From Strigamia acuminata (taxonomy: Eukaryota), in the NCBI GenBank assembly GCA_949358305.1, contig OX442314.1, positions 29,078,001 to 29,142,000 on the forward strand: 64,000 nt of DNA, written 5' to 3'. Shown in pieces: positions 25,376 to 37,443 of the stretch. Below the pieces are notes generated by a model. It searched no databases and had not been told where the DNA came from. It worked only from the letters and a program-made list of their open reading frames with translations. Every line of letters begins with the position of its first letter. The stretch's first letter is position 1. The translations under genes were made by a program, and so were the position numbers.

Positions 25376-27742
25376 TCAAACTTTTAAACGATCTACTCGT
25401 GTGAAAGATCCGTCCGTGAACGTGTCGACGAGTTGACTGTCTTTGACTTCTTTGAAGATTTTAAAACCGGTCTCACGTTCCAACTCCTCTCTATGCACAC
25501 AAAACTGCCTCAAGTCCAACCTCTCGTGCACTTTATTTTCAAATCGATAACATTCGAGCCGAAAAGTATTATTTTTATTCACGCAAAGTATAACTTTGAA
25601 AAAATGGGTCGGAATTGCGATCGTGGTTCCATCGATCAGCTCGTACTTCACCTTCCATTCACCGCAGTGATCTTGCCTACGACACAAAATACACACAAAT
25701 AGATTATATTTTTCTTGATTTTCCCCAATAAACCAATCCAAAAGGCAAAATTTACTCGGGTAAATACAAAGGGCCGGTCAAAACGTAGATACTCTTGTGA
25801 CGTTTCATTAGATGCCCGAGATATGAGCGTAGTTCATCCCACACTGTTTCAGGCTCGTCGCCCTCGTCGGTGTAATAAGTACTTTCCACTCTCTGAAAAA
25901 CACAAATCAATGCAAAAATTAAGCAGACAGACATTCCAACAACCAAAAACGACATTTAAAACCATTTATTGGTGCACTATTTTTACTGAAAAAAGCAAAT
26001 AAAAATTAATTTAATTCTGCACTACTTTTCTGCAAGAATTTTATCGATTTGAATGGATTTTGCAAGGATTTTTATAGGTTTTGATAGATTTTGCAAGGAT
26101 TTTTATAGGTTTTGATAGATTTTGCAAGGATTTTTATAGATTTGAATGGATTTTGCAAGGATTTTTATAGGTTTTGATAGATTTTGCAAGGATTTTTATC
26201 GATTTGAATGGATTTTGCAAGGATTTTTATAGGTTTTGATAGATTTTGCAAGGATTTTTCTCGATATGAATGAATTTTACAAAGATTTTTATAGATTTTA
26301 ATAAATTTTGCAAGGATTTTTATAGATTTTACTAGATTTTGCAAGCATTTTTATAGATTTTAATAGATTTTGCAAGGATTTTTGTAGATTTTAATAGATT
26401 TTGCAAAGGGTTTTTATAGATATCAATGAATTTTGCAAGGATATTTATAGATTTCAATCGATTTTGCAAGGATTTTTATCGATATGATTAGATTTTGCAA
26501 GGATTTTTATCGATATGAATGGATTTTACAAGAATTTTTATAGATTTTAATTGGTTTTTTTAAAGATTTTTATAGATTTTGCAAGGATTTTTATAGATTT
26601 AATAGATTTTGCAGGGATTTTTATAGATATCAATAAATTTTGCAGGGATTTTTATAGATATCAATAAATTTTGCAAGGATATTTATAGATTTCATTCGAT
26701 TTTGCAAGGATTTTTACAAATCTCAAAGGATATCACGAGGGCAAACCTTGCAAAGGTCGCTAAAACTTCCTAACCCGTATAAATAGTGTCGAAATAAATA
26801 GTGCACCAATAATAAAACCCCGTTTTTAATCACCTGAGCAACGATATTACTGCACACAAGCGGATCATCAGCGGTCTGAGCATGCCGATAAAACTCAGCC
26901 AGATGTTCCGTCTTAAAACTCTGCCGGTACATTGACTGCGTATAATCCGTATCGATCGTCCGGAAATCCTCGGGAATCTTTTCCTCCTCTTCACTATCAA
27001 CAGCCGACCCCCCTTCGTCGTACGCGTTTTTAATCCCCGAATCCACCACCTCCAAAGCCCAGCACGGAGCCTTCTTCTCATTATCATAACACACAAGAAA
27101 ATCGTTATATTCTATCAACAATCTCCGCGGTGTTTTCGGGTACGGAAAAACGCGTCCACCGTACGAATAATTCACCCAATCCAAATCCGCGTGCGCACCG
27201 ACCAAACCACTGCCTTTCTTCGGACTACTGCTCTCGAAGTCGTAAAATTCCCGCTCGTGCGGCTGAATCGGACGACGTTCACTATAATCATCGCGAACCT
27301 TATCTCGTGCATTCGCCTTGCATTGCTCGACAATTTCTTTCACCGTCTTCGAACGTTTACGAGGATGGATTGCGGGGTCGGGCGATGGCGATCGTGATTT
27401 TGTTCGTGATTTCGATCGTGATTTTGATCGTGATTTTGGTCGCGGTCGTTCTTCGGACTCATCCGAGCATTCTTCGGGAATTGGACGTTTGGTTGCGGCG
27501 GTTCGTGGGGGTCGGGGGGCACTAATGGCGGGAGTTGCAAACCTTCTGCGAACTCGTGGACTCGGTGGGCATTCTGGTAGGCTGCGGCAGGTTGCGTTTA
27601 GGTCACAATCTGACATGTCGTCGTCGGAGGGACAACATGGAGGTTGTGCTTTTACTTCCGTAAAATTGCGCCTCCATTTGTGAGAGAATGTTGCGTATAA
27701 ACACCCGCAAATTCCGATGACTGAAGTGGCCAAATGTCGCAT
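25376..27742 (-). CDS. Endonuclease G-like protein A (divergent active site; basic RS-rich insert), ~448 aa
   Basis: Exons 27742-26834, 25892-25756, 25676-25376. EndoG-family motifs FLVCYDNEKKAPCWALE, IPEDFR, SNIVAQ, IYVLTGPLYLP, VKYELI, IAIPTHFFKVIL, LERETGF. Confidence 0.85.
26030..26715. repeat. 31-bp intronic minisatellite (TTTTGCAAGGATTTTTATAG...)
   Basis: About 20 degenerate tandem units. Confidence 0.95.
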
Positions 27743-27989
27743 CGGGAGTTCTGGATTGACTGTGAATTTGAAATTTAGGTTTTTGGGACGACTAAAACGT
27801 GTTTCTTCTGCGGATGTTTTGAATAATGAAGCGCGTGGAATTATTAGACGCACTCTGGTGATAGTTGGTGTAAGTTTTTTTTTATTTTTTCTTTATTTAA
27901 TACAGAATGTAATGTTAGAATTGCAAATCTTCTGGCGTTATGGTTCTTGTGGCTCTGTAGTACCTGTACTGTAAAGAATGAGGTTGTTT

Positions 27990-29830
27990 TTATGGCGAAA
28001 TTTTATGTTGGGGATTTTGATTTACTTTTGCAAAGGTTTGGTCCGTTGTGGTGTCTTGAATTTGTGCTTCTTTGACTTTGTTGAATATTAGAAATCCGGT
28101 TTCTTTTTCCAGTTCGGTTCTGCACACGAGGAGATTTCTCAAGTCGTGTGTTTCGTGGGGTTTGTTTTCGAATTTGTAGCATTCGAGATGAAAAGTTTGG
28201 TCCGGGTTTTGGTAGAGAATTACTTTGTAGAAATGGGTTGGAATTGCGATTTCTTTTCCCGGGATTGTTTCGTAGTGGACGACCCATTTGCTACATATGC
28301 TACATTTGCTACACGGAATAGCGGAGAAATTAAATGATTTAAAAAGTAAAATGTAGGGTAAAATAAAATGAAATTTACCGTGGTAAATATAAACATCCAG
28401 ACACGATAAAAATGCTTTTATAGATTGATGAAAGATAATCAATATAATCGTGAAATTCATCCCAAACAGTACGAACGGATTCATCAATACCTTCGATTCT
28501 CTATTGAAAGAAATCAGTTTTTAACTTAAATTTGCAGTTTTATACTTAAATGTGCAGTTTTGTACCTACATATGCAGTTTTTACCACTAAAAATAGTTTT
28601 TACCTCTAAAAATACAGTTTTTACCACGAAAAATGCAGTTTTTCTACATAAATATGTAATTTTTGTACTTAAACATGCAGTTTTTGTTCGTAAATGTGCA
28701 GTTTTATACCTAAACATGAAGTTTCGTACCTAAAAATGCAGTTTCTGTCACTAAAAATGAAATATTCCTACTTAAATATGCAGTTTTCCTATATAAATGT
28801 GCAATTTTTGCACGTAAACATACAGTTTTTATCCAAAAAACGCAATTTTTTCACTTAAAATTTGCAGTTTGATGTTTAAAAAAATCATTTTCATACGAAA
28901 TTTCAGCTCTAAAGTCAAAATGAAATCAACTTGCACCGAAAATTTACTATTTTTTTCCCGCAAAACAAAATCAGATTCTTGAACCAAAATACATACCTGT
29001 GCCACGACATTCGTAAACACACAAGGATCTCCAATATTTACATCATCTTCATCACCATCACCAGTTCTAAGCCGATCATCGTGATCTTCAGTACGATCAC
29101 CAACACCTTCAACATGAAAATCAACCGCAGCTAAATGCTGCAACTTTGCATCAAACGCAAGATCATAATCCTCGAATCCTACACGAAATTCCTTCGCAAC
29201 ACGTCTGTCTTCTCTATCCTCAAAACGCGCAATTTCACCCTCATTTAATCCTCCTCTCTCTTTCCTTATTTCCTCAATAGTCCAGCACGGCGCACGCGTA
29301 GAAATATCATAACACACAACAAAATCCTTATACTCCAACAAAAACCGTCTCGCATTTTCCGGATGTGGAAAAATCACGCCATCGTTCGTATACGTAACCC
29401 AACAACGTTTCCGTATCTTTATAACCTTCTCCGGGACGACTTCCGTCACTACCGTAGCCGGCACATCGGCGGGTATTGCAGGGAAGTCACCGGCGGGCGA
29501 AAACAATCGACGACGAGTCTTTATAATTTCCCGCAACCGCAACCCGACGGCGGGACAAACAGATTTCTGTTCAGCTTTGTGTTCCGTAGGTTTCGTTTCA
29601 AGTATTACGCACTCGTCGTCTTCGACGTCCATGTCGTCTTCGTCGTCAATGTCGTCTACGTCGTCCATGTCGTCTTCGTCGTCCTCGTCGTCCTCGTCGC
29701 GGGGATGTAAACGTTTAGGTTGCGCGTTTACGGTCGCCATTTTGTGTCTCCAGTTGTGTGTAAATGATGAATAGATATATCCAAGTCCTGTTGCTGTTGT
29801 GGTCAGAAATAGAAGTCTAAAATAACTCAT
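27990..29830 (-). CDS. Endonuclease G-like protein B (divergent active site; acidic D/E insert), ~424 aa
   Basis: Exons 29830-28997, 28500-28379, 28308-27990, with the same intron positions as gene A. Motifs FVVCYDISTRAPCWTIE, TNVVAQ, IFIVSGCLYLP, IAIPTHFYKVIL, LEKETGF. Confidence 0.85.
28515..28880. repeat. 21-bp intronic minisatellite (AAATGCAGTTTTT...)
   Basis: TGCAGTTTT recurs at 21-bp spacing. Confidence 0.9.
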
Positions 29831-30024
29831 AACTGGTGTATAAAGGTAGAGACTTTAGATTTTGAAGTGTGATAAATTGTATAAGAAAATTACATATTGT
29901 TTTAGGTTCAAATTTACATCAATAGAGGGCAGTGCAATTCTCTTTTTGACTCACAGATGGCGCCAAAAACTAATCTTCGCTTAAATTCTCAAAAACACAC
30001 ATGGAGTCAACAAAAATGTCCTTG

Positions 30025-30510
30025 AAAAATCAACTTTTGACACTTTTGTGTATGATTTTCTAGATTTATTTCCATTTTAATGTAAAATTTAGTAAAAATT
30101 TACTCGAAAAAGATTGAAAATGTGAATTAAAATCAACTTTTGACACTTTCGTATATGATTTTCTAGATTTATTTCCATTTTAATGTAAAATTTAGTAAAA
30201 ATTCACTCGAAAAAGATTGAAAATGTGAATTAAAATCAACTTTTGACACTTTCGTATATGATTTTCTAGATTTATTTCCATTTTAATGTAAAATTTAGTA
30301 AAACTTCACTCAAAAAATCGTGAAAATGTGAATTAAAATCAACTTTTGACTCTTTTGTACATCTTTTTCCACATTTATTTCCAAATCTAATAAAAACTCA
30401 CTCGAAAAACATTGAAAATACGAATTAAAATCAACTTTCGACACTTTTGGTCACGTTTTTCCACATTAAAATCCATTCCAACGTAAAATTCAACTTGAAA
30501 CCGTGAATTT
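30025..30510. repeat. ~103-bp tandem repeat, ~4.5 copies
   Basis: CAACTTT anchors at 30031, 30134, 30237, 30340 and 30432. Confidence 0.9.
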
Positions 30511-31239
30511 TCAGCGTGTAAAAGAATGTTTACCAACGACTCGATGTTCTAGGTGATGTAAACAAGGCACGGCCTGTCCGTCAACTGTCTGTTTATCAAG
30601 AAGGGTAATCAGGCAGGAAAAGGGCATAATGGTTGTTTGGGTCTTGTGGCTAAGATAAGCATCAACATGAAACTTGTGAATGCTCCTCGAGCCAATTGTG
30701 TAATGCACTTCATGAATCCAGCACAATGAAACAACGTTTGACCTAATTTTGACAGGTTTCCTACAATGCGAACCACTGTTATCAACTTGTTGACTACCAG
30801 AGTACCAGATACCCAAGAAATAAGCTTCCAATAACACGCGGTTTCCTGCCAAACCAACCAAACCACGACATAATCTTCCTTAATAACTGAAACAACTGCG
30901 GGGATCTCTTGACCACTCTTGCAATCGACCAATCAGCGTCCAGTGCGCTTATTTACAACATGTGCGATAAATTTTGGTTGGGAGAAATAACTGGCGGTAG
31001 AGTGAGACCAGTTTCTAACCTCATGCTAGACCTTGTTGGAAAAGGGTCAAAATATTCTGGTCAATTGTGAAAACTGGTGGAGGCACGAGGGCAATCAGCG
31101 GGTGTCCCCTCTGGCGGAACCTTCTCATAAATCCTTCTTATGTCTCGCAGACACTACACTGGGCACCAGTTAGTAGCCCCTTATTTTCCCACCCTGCAAA
31201 ATTCATCACTTTGGGGAATTACAATAGCAACAAACATCC

Positions 31240-31930
31240 ATTTTTGGAAGTTTTGCGAAGTTTTTAAATTTTTTTCGGGAGGGTTTTTGGAGGTTTTGAG
31301 AGATTTTTCGGTGATATTTAAGGATTTTGAGTAATTTTTGGGTGGTTTTTGGAGGTTTTAAAGGTTTTTAGAGGTTTTTCGAGGTTTTTGAGAGATTTTT
31401 AGGTGATTTTGGAAGATTTTGAGTAATTTTTGTCTGGTTTTTGGAAGTTTTAAAGGTTTTGGGGGAGTTTTTAGAGGTTTTTGGGAGGTTTTGAGAAATT
31501 TTTGGGTGATTTTTGTAGATTTTGAGTAATTTTAGTCTGGTTTTTGGAGATTTTTGGAGGTTTTTGGAGATTGTTAGGAGTTTTGAGAGATTTTTAGGTG
31601 GTTTTTGAAGATTTTGAGTACTTTTTAATTGTTTTTTTGAGGTTTTAAAGGTTTTGGGGGGGTTTTTAGAGGTTTTTGGAAGGTTTTGAGAAATTTTTGG
31701 GTGATTTTTGTAAATTTTGAGTAAATTTTGAGTGGTTTTTGGAGGTTTTGAGTAATTTTTAGGTGGTTTTTGGAGGTTTTAAAAGATTTTTGTGGGGTTT
31801 TGGGAGGTTTTGAGAAGTTCTGACAGCTTTTTATGAGTATTTTGCTTTTTTTTACAGTTTTTTGGAAGATTATAGAGATTTTGAGAAATTTCTGAAAGGT
31901 TTTTGTGAGGTTTTTAGAGGATTTTGTAGC
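31240..31930. repeat. Degenerate 10-11-bp period (GAGGTTTTTG)n array
   Basis: T4-5 tracts recur every ~10-11 bp. Confidence 0.85.
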
Positions 31931-32643
31931 TTTTGCTAGTCACTGATGAGTCACAACCCACACGACAGTCAACAAATTACAGCTTTACATGCTTACACAA
32001 TGTTAATTCAATGGGGAATCGAGTCAAACACAAGTCAGGTGTGAATGAACAAGCAAATTCCATTCATATTAACCCTTTCGCTTTCCTTTTGAGTGTAATT
32101 CGATGCGGTTCCGTCGCTTTTCACTCATATTTTGCTGGCATTCAATTCTTTTCGGCTTAAAACCCTGACAGTGATAGACTAGTTTACTGCTCGACCATTG
32201 GAGGCGAATGTTAAGGCCTAACCCTTTGGGGAACATGAAACTGTGGTTTTCTCCCGCTTTCTTCTTCACTATGAATAGCAGGTAGAAGCAGCACAAAGGC
32301 ATGAACTCGCTCCTAATCTGGATTTAAAGCTAAATTTAACTTCAAAGTGAATTATAATACTTTTGTTGCACAAAAGGGATGTCGGGGCCCCTCAATGGCC
32401 AAAAAATTATTCATTCGGATTAAATTACAAATTCAATAATGTGGCTTTGTCAAACGATTGAGGTTGCAGATTAAATAGAGATTCAATCGAAATAATTACA
32501 AACGTCCGATTTCTCCTTCTGTTTTAAGCGTTTTAAGCGTTTTAAGGAAATTGGTGTTAAGAAATTGTTTATTATTTTATTTTGAATAAAATTTGAATAA
32601 AATTAGAGTTAAAAATTGAAAAAATTAAAAAAAAAAAATTTGA

Positions 32644-32715
32644 AGGTTCTACCGAGATTTGAACTCGGATCGCTGGATTCAAAGTCCAGAGTGCTAACCA
32701 TTACACCATAGAACC
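32644..32715 (-). tRNA. tRNA-Gln (anticodon UUG)
   Basis: Minus strand reads GGTTCTATGGTGTAATGGTTAGCACTCTGGAC-TTTGAAT-CCAGCGATCCGAGTTCAAATCTCGGTAGAACCT: canonical cloverleaf, A/B boxes, and a downstream poly-T Pol III terminator. Confidence 0.97.
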
Positions 32716-33674
32716 AGACGACGATTTATCGATTGATTATTGGTATGATATTTTCATTTTTCAGTCGATTTGCATAAATTTTACACATTGCAGTTGATTT
32801 GTATGACTTTTACACGTTTTTTGTCGCCATTTTGTTTGCGCTTCAACCTTTTTTGACGGGACGTGAAACTGGTAGCCGATGAATTGAAATATTTCTCTTT
32901 TTTTCATCGCCAAATGTTTCCAAATAGAATACAAATTTTTTCCTTCTCGTCGTCTGTATGTCCACTGTCACGCGATGACGTGAATGAAGTTGTCATTACA
33001 TCACCAAATCCGACATCACTCGCTTTCATCGCGGAATTGAAACCTTCTTTTAAAGGCTTTGGGTGGACCGAGGCCAGCACAAGGGTCTGAGGGGGCGGGA
33101 AAGGGCATTGAAAAGAGGGGGCTTTGGGCCTTTTCAACACCCCCCGTGGGTCAGTCGAAGCGTCATGGGCATCAGTTACAGGTGTCCTGCGAGACAATTG
33201 TGCAAATTCGTACCGCGCGCACAAAGGCCAGTGTGGCCATTCCGAGCAATAAAATACAATTTCGGGACGGAAAAAAAGAGAAACGAGTTAAAAATAGGCG
33301 AAATAAAAATTATTTTGGTGTTTGTGTGCGTGTGTTTGTTGTTTTTTAAGTTTAGTTTGGTTTGGGAAGAGGTTTAGTGCGCAACGTGATGTTTGAATGG
33401 CGAAGTTGGTGAGGACAAGGTAAGAGTAAACAAGTGCACAAAAGATGGAAAGTGGACTGTGGATGTTATTTTTGTGCAAGTGCACGCACACAACATGTGT
33501 TGAGGTGCATGTTGGGTGAATGAAATGGAACAAGAATAACAACATAAGAAAAGGGAGCATTGAAATGAGATATTGTTGGTTTTTGGGCATTTCAGGGGGT
33601 TTGGATCACGTTGATTCCTTCAAAGTTGTTTGTGTGACTTCCCAAGGACAATTACAAATTCAATTTCAAACAGT

Positions 33675-34015
33675 TTTAGTCTTTTTACATCATTTTGATA
33701 CTAAATTTAGTCTTTTTACATCGTTTTACTACAAATTTTAGTCTTTTTACATCATTTTAATACTAAATTTAGTCTTTTATCATCATTTTGATACTAAATT
33801 TAGTCTTTTAACATCATTTTAATACTAAATTTAGTCTTTTATCATCATTTTGATACTAAATTTAGTCTTTTTACATCATTTTGATACTAAATTTAGTCTT
33901 TTTGCACCATTTTGATACTAAATTTAGTCTTTTTACATCATTTTGATACTAAATTTAGTCTTTTATCATCATTTTGATATTAAATTTAGTCTTTTTACAT
34001 CATTTTACTACTAAA
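33675..34015. repeat. 31-32-bp minisatellite (ACTAAATTTAGTCTTTTTACATCATTTTGAT)n
   Basis: About 10 tandem units. Confidence 0.95.
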
Positions 34016-34894
34016 CTATTACACTTTAAACCTTTTTTACTTGATTATTTAGCTTGTCCTCAATTTTTTTCTTCATCTCCTTACAAGGTGGTCCTAAATC
34101 CACTGTTTTTTAATTTTATTTTTTTATTGAGCTAAGCGGATTAATTTTTCTTTCTCTCTCCCATTTAATAAATGCGACAAATTCCTTCACTTTTTTATTA
34201 TCAACATTTTTTTTCCCAACGTCATTTACAACAAATCCTTTATTCCGCCCATCAATCACACAAAAACCTCACCAAATTGACACAAAAAAATCTCCAATTC
34301 CCAACTCACCGACCCCCAACTCTTCACCCTTAAAAAAAATAAAAAAAATAAATCTCCAAATGTATCCCTCAACCATGTTGCTATTTCTCCGTCTCCACTT
34401 TGCATTTTTACGCCACATCACGTGCATCCTAGCAACGGGTGGTGGCAGTAGTCGAAACCAATTCCCCTTCCCCTTTACCCCCAACGGAGAAATCCATACA
34501 CAAAAACCGATTTTTTTTCTTATCCCCTTCTCACGGCAACCCCTGCACGTGCAAAAAAACACACTACACCAATGCAACTTGTTTTTTTCTCTCTTTCTTT
34601 TCCTTTTTTTTCACTGCCCCTACCCCTTCTGTGTGTTTTTTACCCTTTCTGCGGTGTTGTGTGGTTGTCAGTAGTAAACCTCGGTTGACACAGTTAAAAA
34701 AAAAGCCTAATGGGTATTTAATAGGTTGCCAAACTAAAGGGTTGCAATGCGATCACACGAAGGGGTTCGCAAAACATAATAGAAGGGTTGTAGGCAGACA
34801 CGCGACTCGACGATTTGATTATCAAATGAGCGAAAGTGTTGCAGTGAAGTTAAAGGGGTGGATTTAATACGAGGTTTGTGAAGGGGAAAAGAGC

Positions 34895-35380
34895 TATGAA
34901 ATTGAATTAGGGGGGCAAATTTGGACCCCGTTTAGAGAATAGGTTTGAATTTTTAATTAATAAACATTTGGAAATGTTTAAATATATTATTTGTTTAAAA
35001 TAGAATTTTAATTTACATTTTTGTGGGTGACAAACAATTAGCGCGGGATGTCATGTTCGTTCTGCCGCACGAGATGCGTCGTAAGCGGCCAACAATTAGT
35101 CTGATTTCCGCACTTATAACTCGATGGGGAAAATCGCTATAAAATCGAATTAATTGGGTAGATTTTGACCCCATTTAGAGAATATGTTAAGAAATTTAAT
35201 TATTAAACATTTAGAAATGTTAAAATTTTCTAATTTTTAAAAAAAATAATTTTAATTAACATTTTTCTGCGTGACCAACAATTAGCGCGGGATATCATGT
35301 TCGCCCTGCCGCACGAGATGCGTCGTAACCGGCCAACAATTAATCTGATTTCCGCACTTATAACTCGATGGGGAAAACCA
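34895..35380. repeat. ~243-bp tandem duplication with a third diverged partial copy at ~36020-36100
   Basis: AATTAGCGCGGGAT...GCCGCACGAGATGCGTCGTAA...CTGATTTCCGCACTTATAACTCGATGGGGAAAA occurs at ~35036 and ~35280. Confidence 0.85.
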
Positions 35381-37443
35381 TCAATTTATCATTTTATTCT
35401 TTAAAAAAAAATCAGGACATTTAACTAAGTGATGGGCATCTGTTAGTTGTCTATCATTGAAACATTTTACCTTAAAAAAGGAAGACATAAAAAAAAAACT
35501 AGAGATACTGTAGTAAAAACGTTGACAAGTGAAGACAGGATGAATTGAAGGTCCCTTGGGGTTTAAAACTGTTGAAAGAAGAGTACGTCTATCCATGAGA
35601 ATCCTTCATGAATAAATGTGAGGATTTAAGCCCTTTTCGGGCAATCTGAATCGGGGAAAGGGTGCACCAGCTGCTTTTCAACGCAAATCAAGCAAAATTG
35701 TTCAATTTGGACATCGGTAATCCGTGTCAATGTCCTCGGACTGGTATAAGCTCGGCCTCAAGGCACGCACATCAAGTTGTTTGACCTCGTCCTTCCACTG
35801 GCTGGATAACATCAGCATCAGCGCAGCCATTACAGTCTATCAATTTGGAAATCAACGCAAAAAAATCATTAATCATTAAAATATAGATGAAAAAAATGAT
35901 TTGCTAACGTTTATTTATTTGAAAATCATTCCTACATTTATTATTTTAATTATTATGATGAATTTGTGACATTCAATTTGAATTTAACCGTAATTAACGA
36001 CGAGTACGGAGATCGGCTTAATCAGTGCCGCGTGAGATGCGTCTTGATCGGCCGACAACAGCGCTGATTTCCGCACTTGTTGCGCGATTGGTAAAATCGT
36101 TTTCTTTCACATTTAATTCTGTTTGTAGCAATTTCATGTTAACAAATTGACACTCCTTTGTATCGTATGAGTGATGACAGTGAAAATTATGTGCTGTCAC
36201 TTGACCATGGCTCCAATTCGGCCAAAAAGCCAAAAACCAGTTTGAAATCCACAGTTCCACCACGCGTGATTATCCCCACACAAAAATAGCAACAAACACA
36301 AACAAATATCCATTATTATAAAATAAAACCATTAAACCCAAACCATTTTTTCTAATAACCGAAATAGAATCCCAGCGAGTGACCATTGACCACTGGTCCA
36401 AATTCCCGATCGCAATCAGCAAGTCCCTTTTTTTCCATCTCCATTTTTTTGTCCCAAAAGCTTTTTGTGCACGAATTCAGAGGAGGGGAAAAAATATCCC
36501 GATAGTTCGGTGATAGTTGTCCATTGTCCAGTGTTGTCCCCAAAGAAATTCCAGGTAGAAATAATTTTGTTGATGAGTACCAGTCCTTAAGAAATGAAGG
36601 GGCTCCACCATCCTGTCAGCATTTGAATGGCTGGCAAGCGGCCACCCTATGTCCAGGCCCTCACCCTTGTTCCTCGAGGTCATAATGGACAGTGGGTGGA
36701 CAGAGATGGACAGTCCGAAAGGAACTGAGCATCGAATTGCAATTTTAAGAGCATTCAGATCCGGTTTCCATAATGCTGCTCCTCTTTAAACGCGAATCTA
36801 CCTGTTATTAGTCGTGATTTCGTCCGTGATTTCGTCAAAAAATGCAAAAATTTCGTGTTTTTTCGAATATATTCTTCAATTTTAGGTTGGAAATTGGATC
36901 CGGCAGCAGGTGAAAGGGTTAAAAGCCTTAAAAGGGCCATAATTTGGGGGAGAGGACTGTTGGAGTGTGTGCAATGTGACTCCGTGTCAATCCTTCCCTT
37001 TCATCCATTTGTTTGCATGCCTGGAGTGTCCTCCATAGTAATTACGCACACTTGAAAAGTAATGAAATGTCCGGTGGAGAGCATCTTCAGAAAGGCCACA
37101 AAGGCGCGCAGCCCAATAGGGGGTTGTGTCCACTGCAATTACTCCATTTGTTTCCTGCAAAACACGAGATAGAGTAAGGACACCACTGGTCAGTCTCAAG
37201 ACTGGAGTGGACACTCAGGCGCCGATCGGGGGGTGTCTGGTTTAAATCCCAAAACGAGGCTCGTCAAATGTAATTCGGTTGCAGAAAACCGAGTTTAAAT
37301 TGAAAATAAAAATAAAAATAAAAGACGTTTGTTTTTTTGGTAAAAATTAATTTTTATTCGTTTAAAATTCAAATATAACAATTTGTTTTGTTCGATTTCC
37401 GATTAAATAAGAATGCGAGCACTTTTTTAACACTTGTTCGGCG

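Noticed and set aside
30511..30932. ORF with QEIPAVVSVIKEDYVVVWL, faintly like an S1 repeat of RRP5
   Set aside because: The similarity covers under 20 residues, there is no true ATG or convincing splice context, and flanking frames have stops. More likely non-coding.
37350..37443. K-box/Brd-box/GY-box miRNA sites in the HES 3'UTR
   Set aside because: No TGTGAT, AGCTTTA or GTCTTCC found between the stop and AATAAA.
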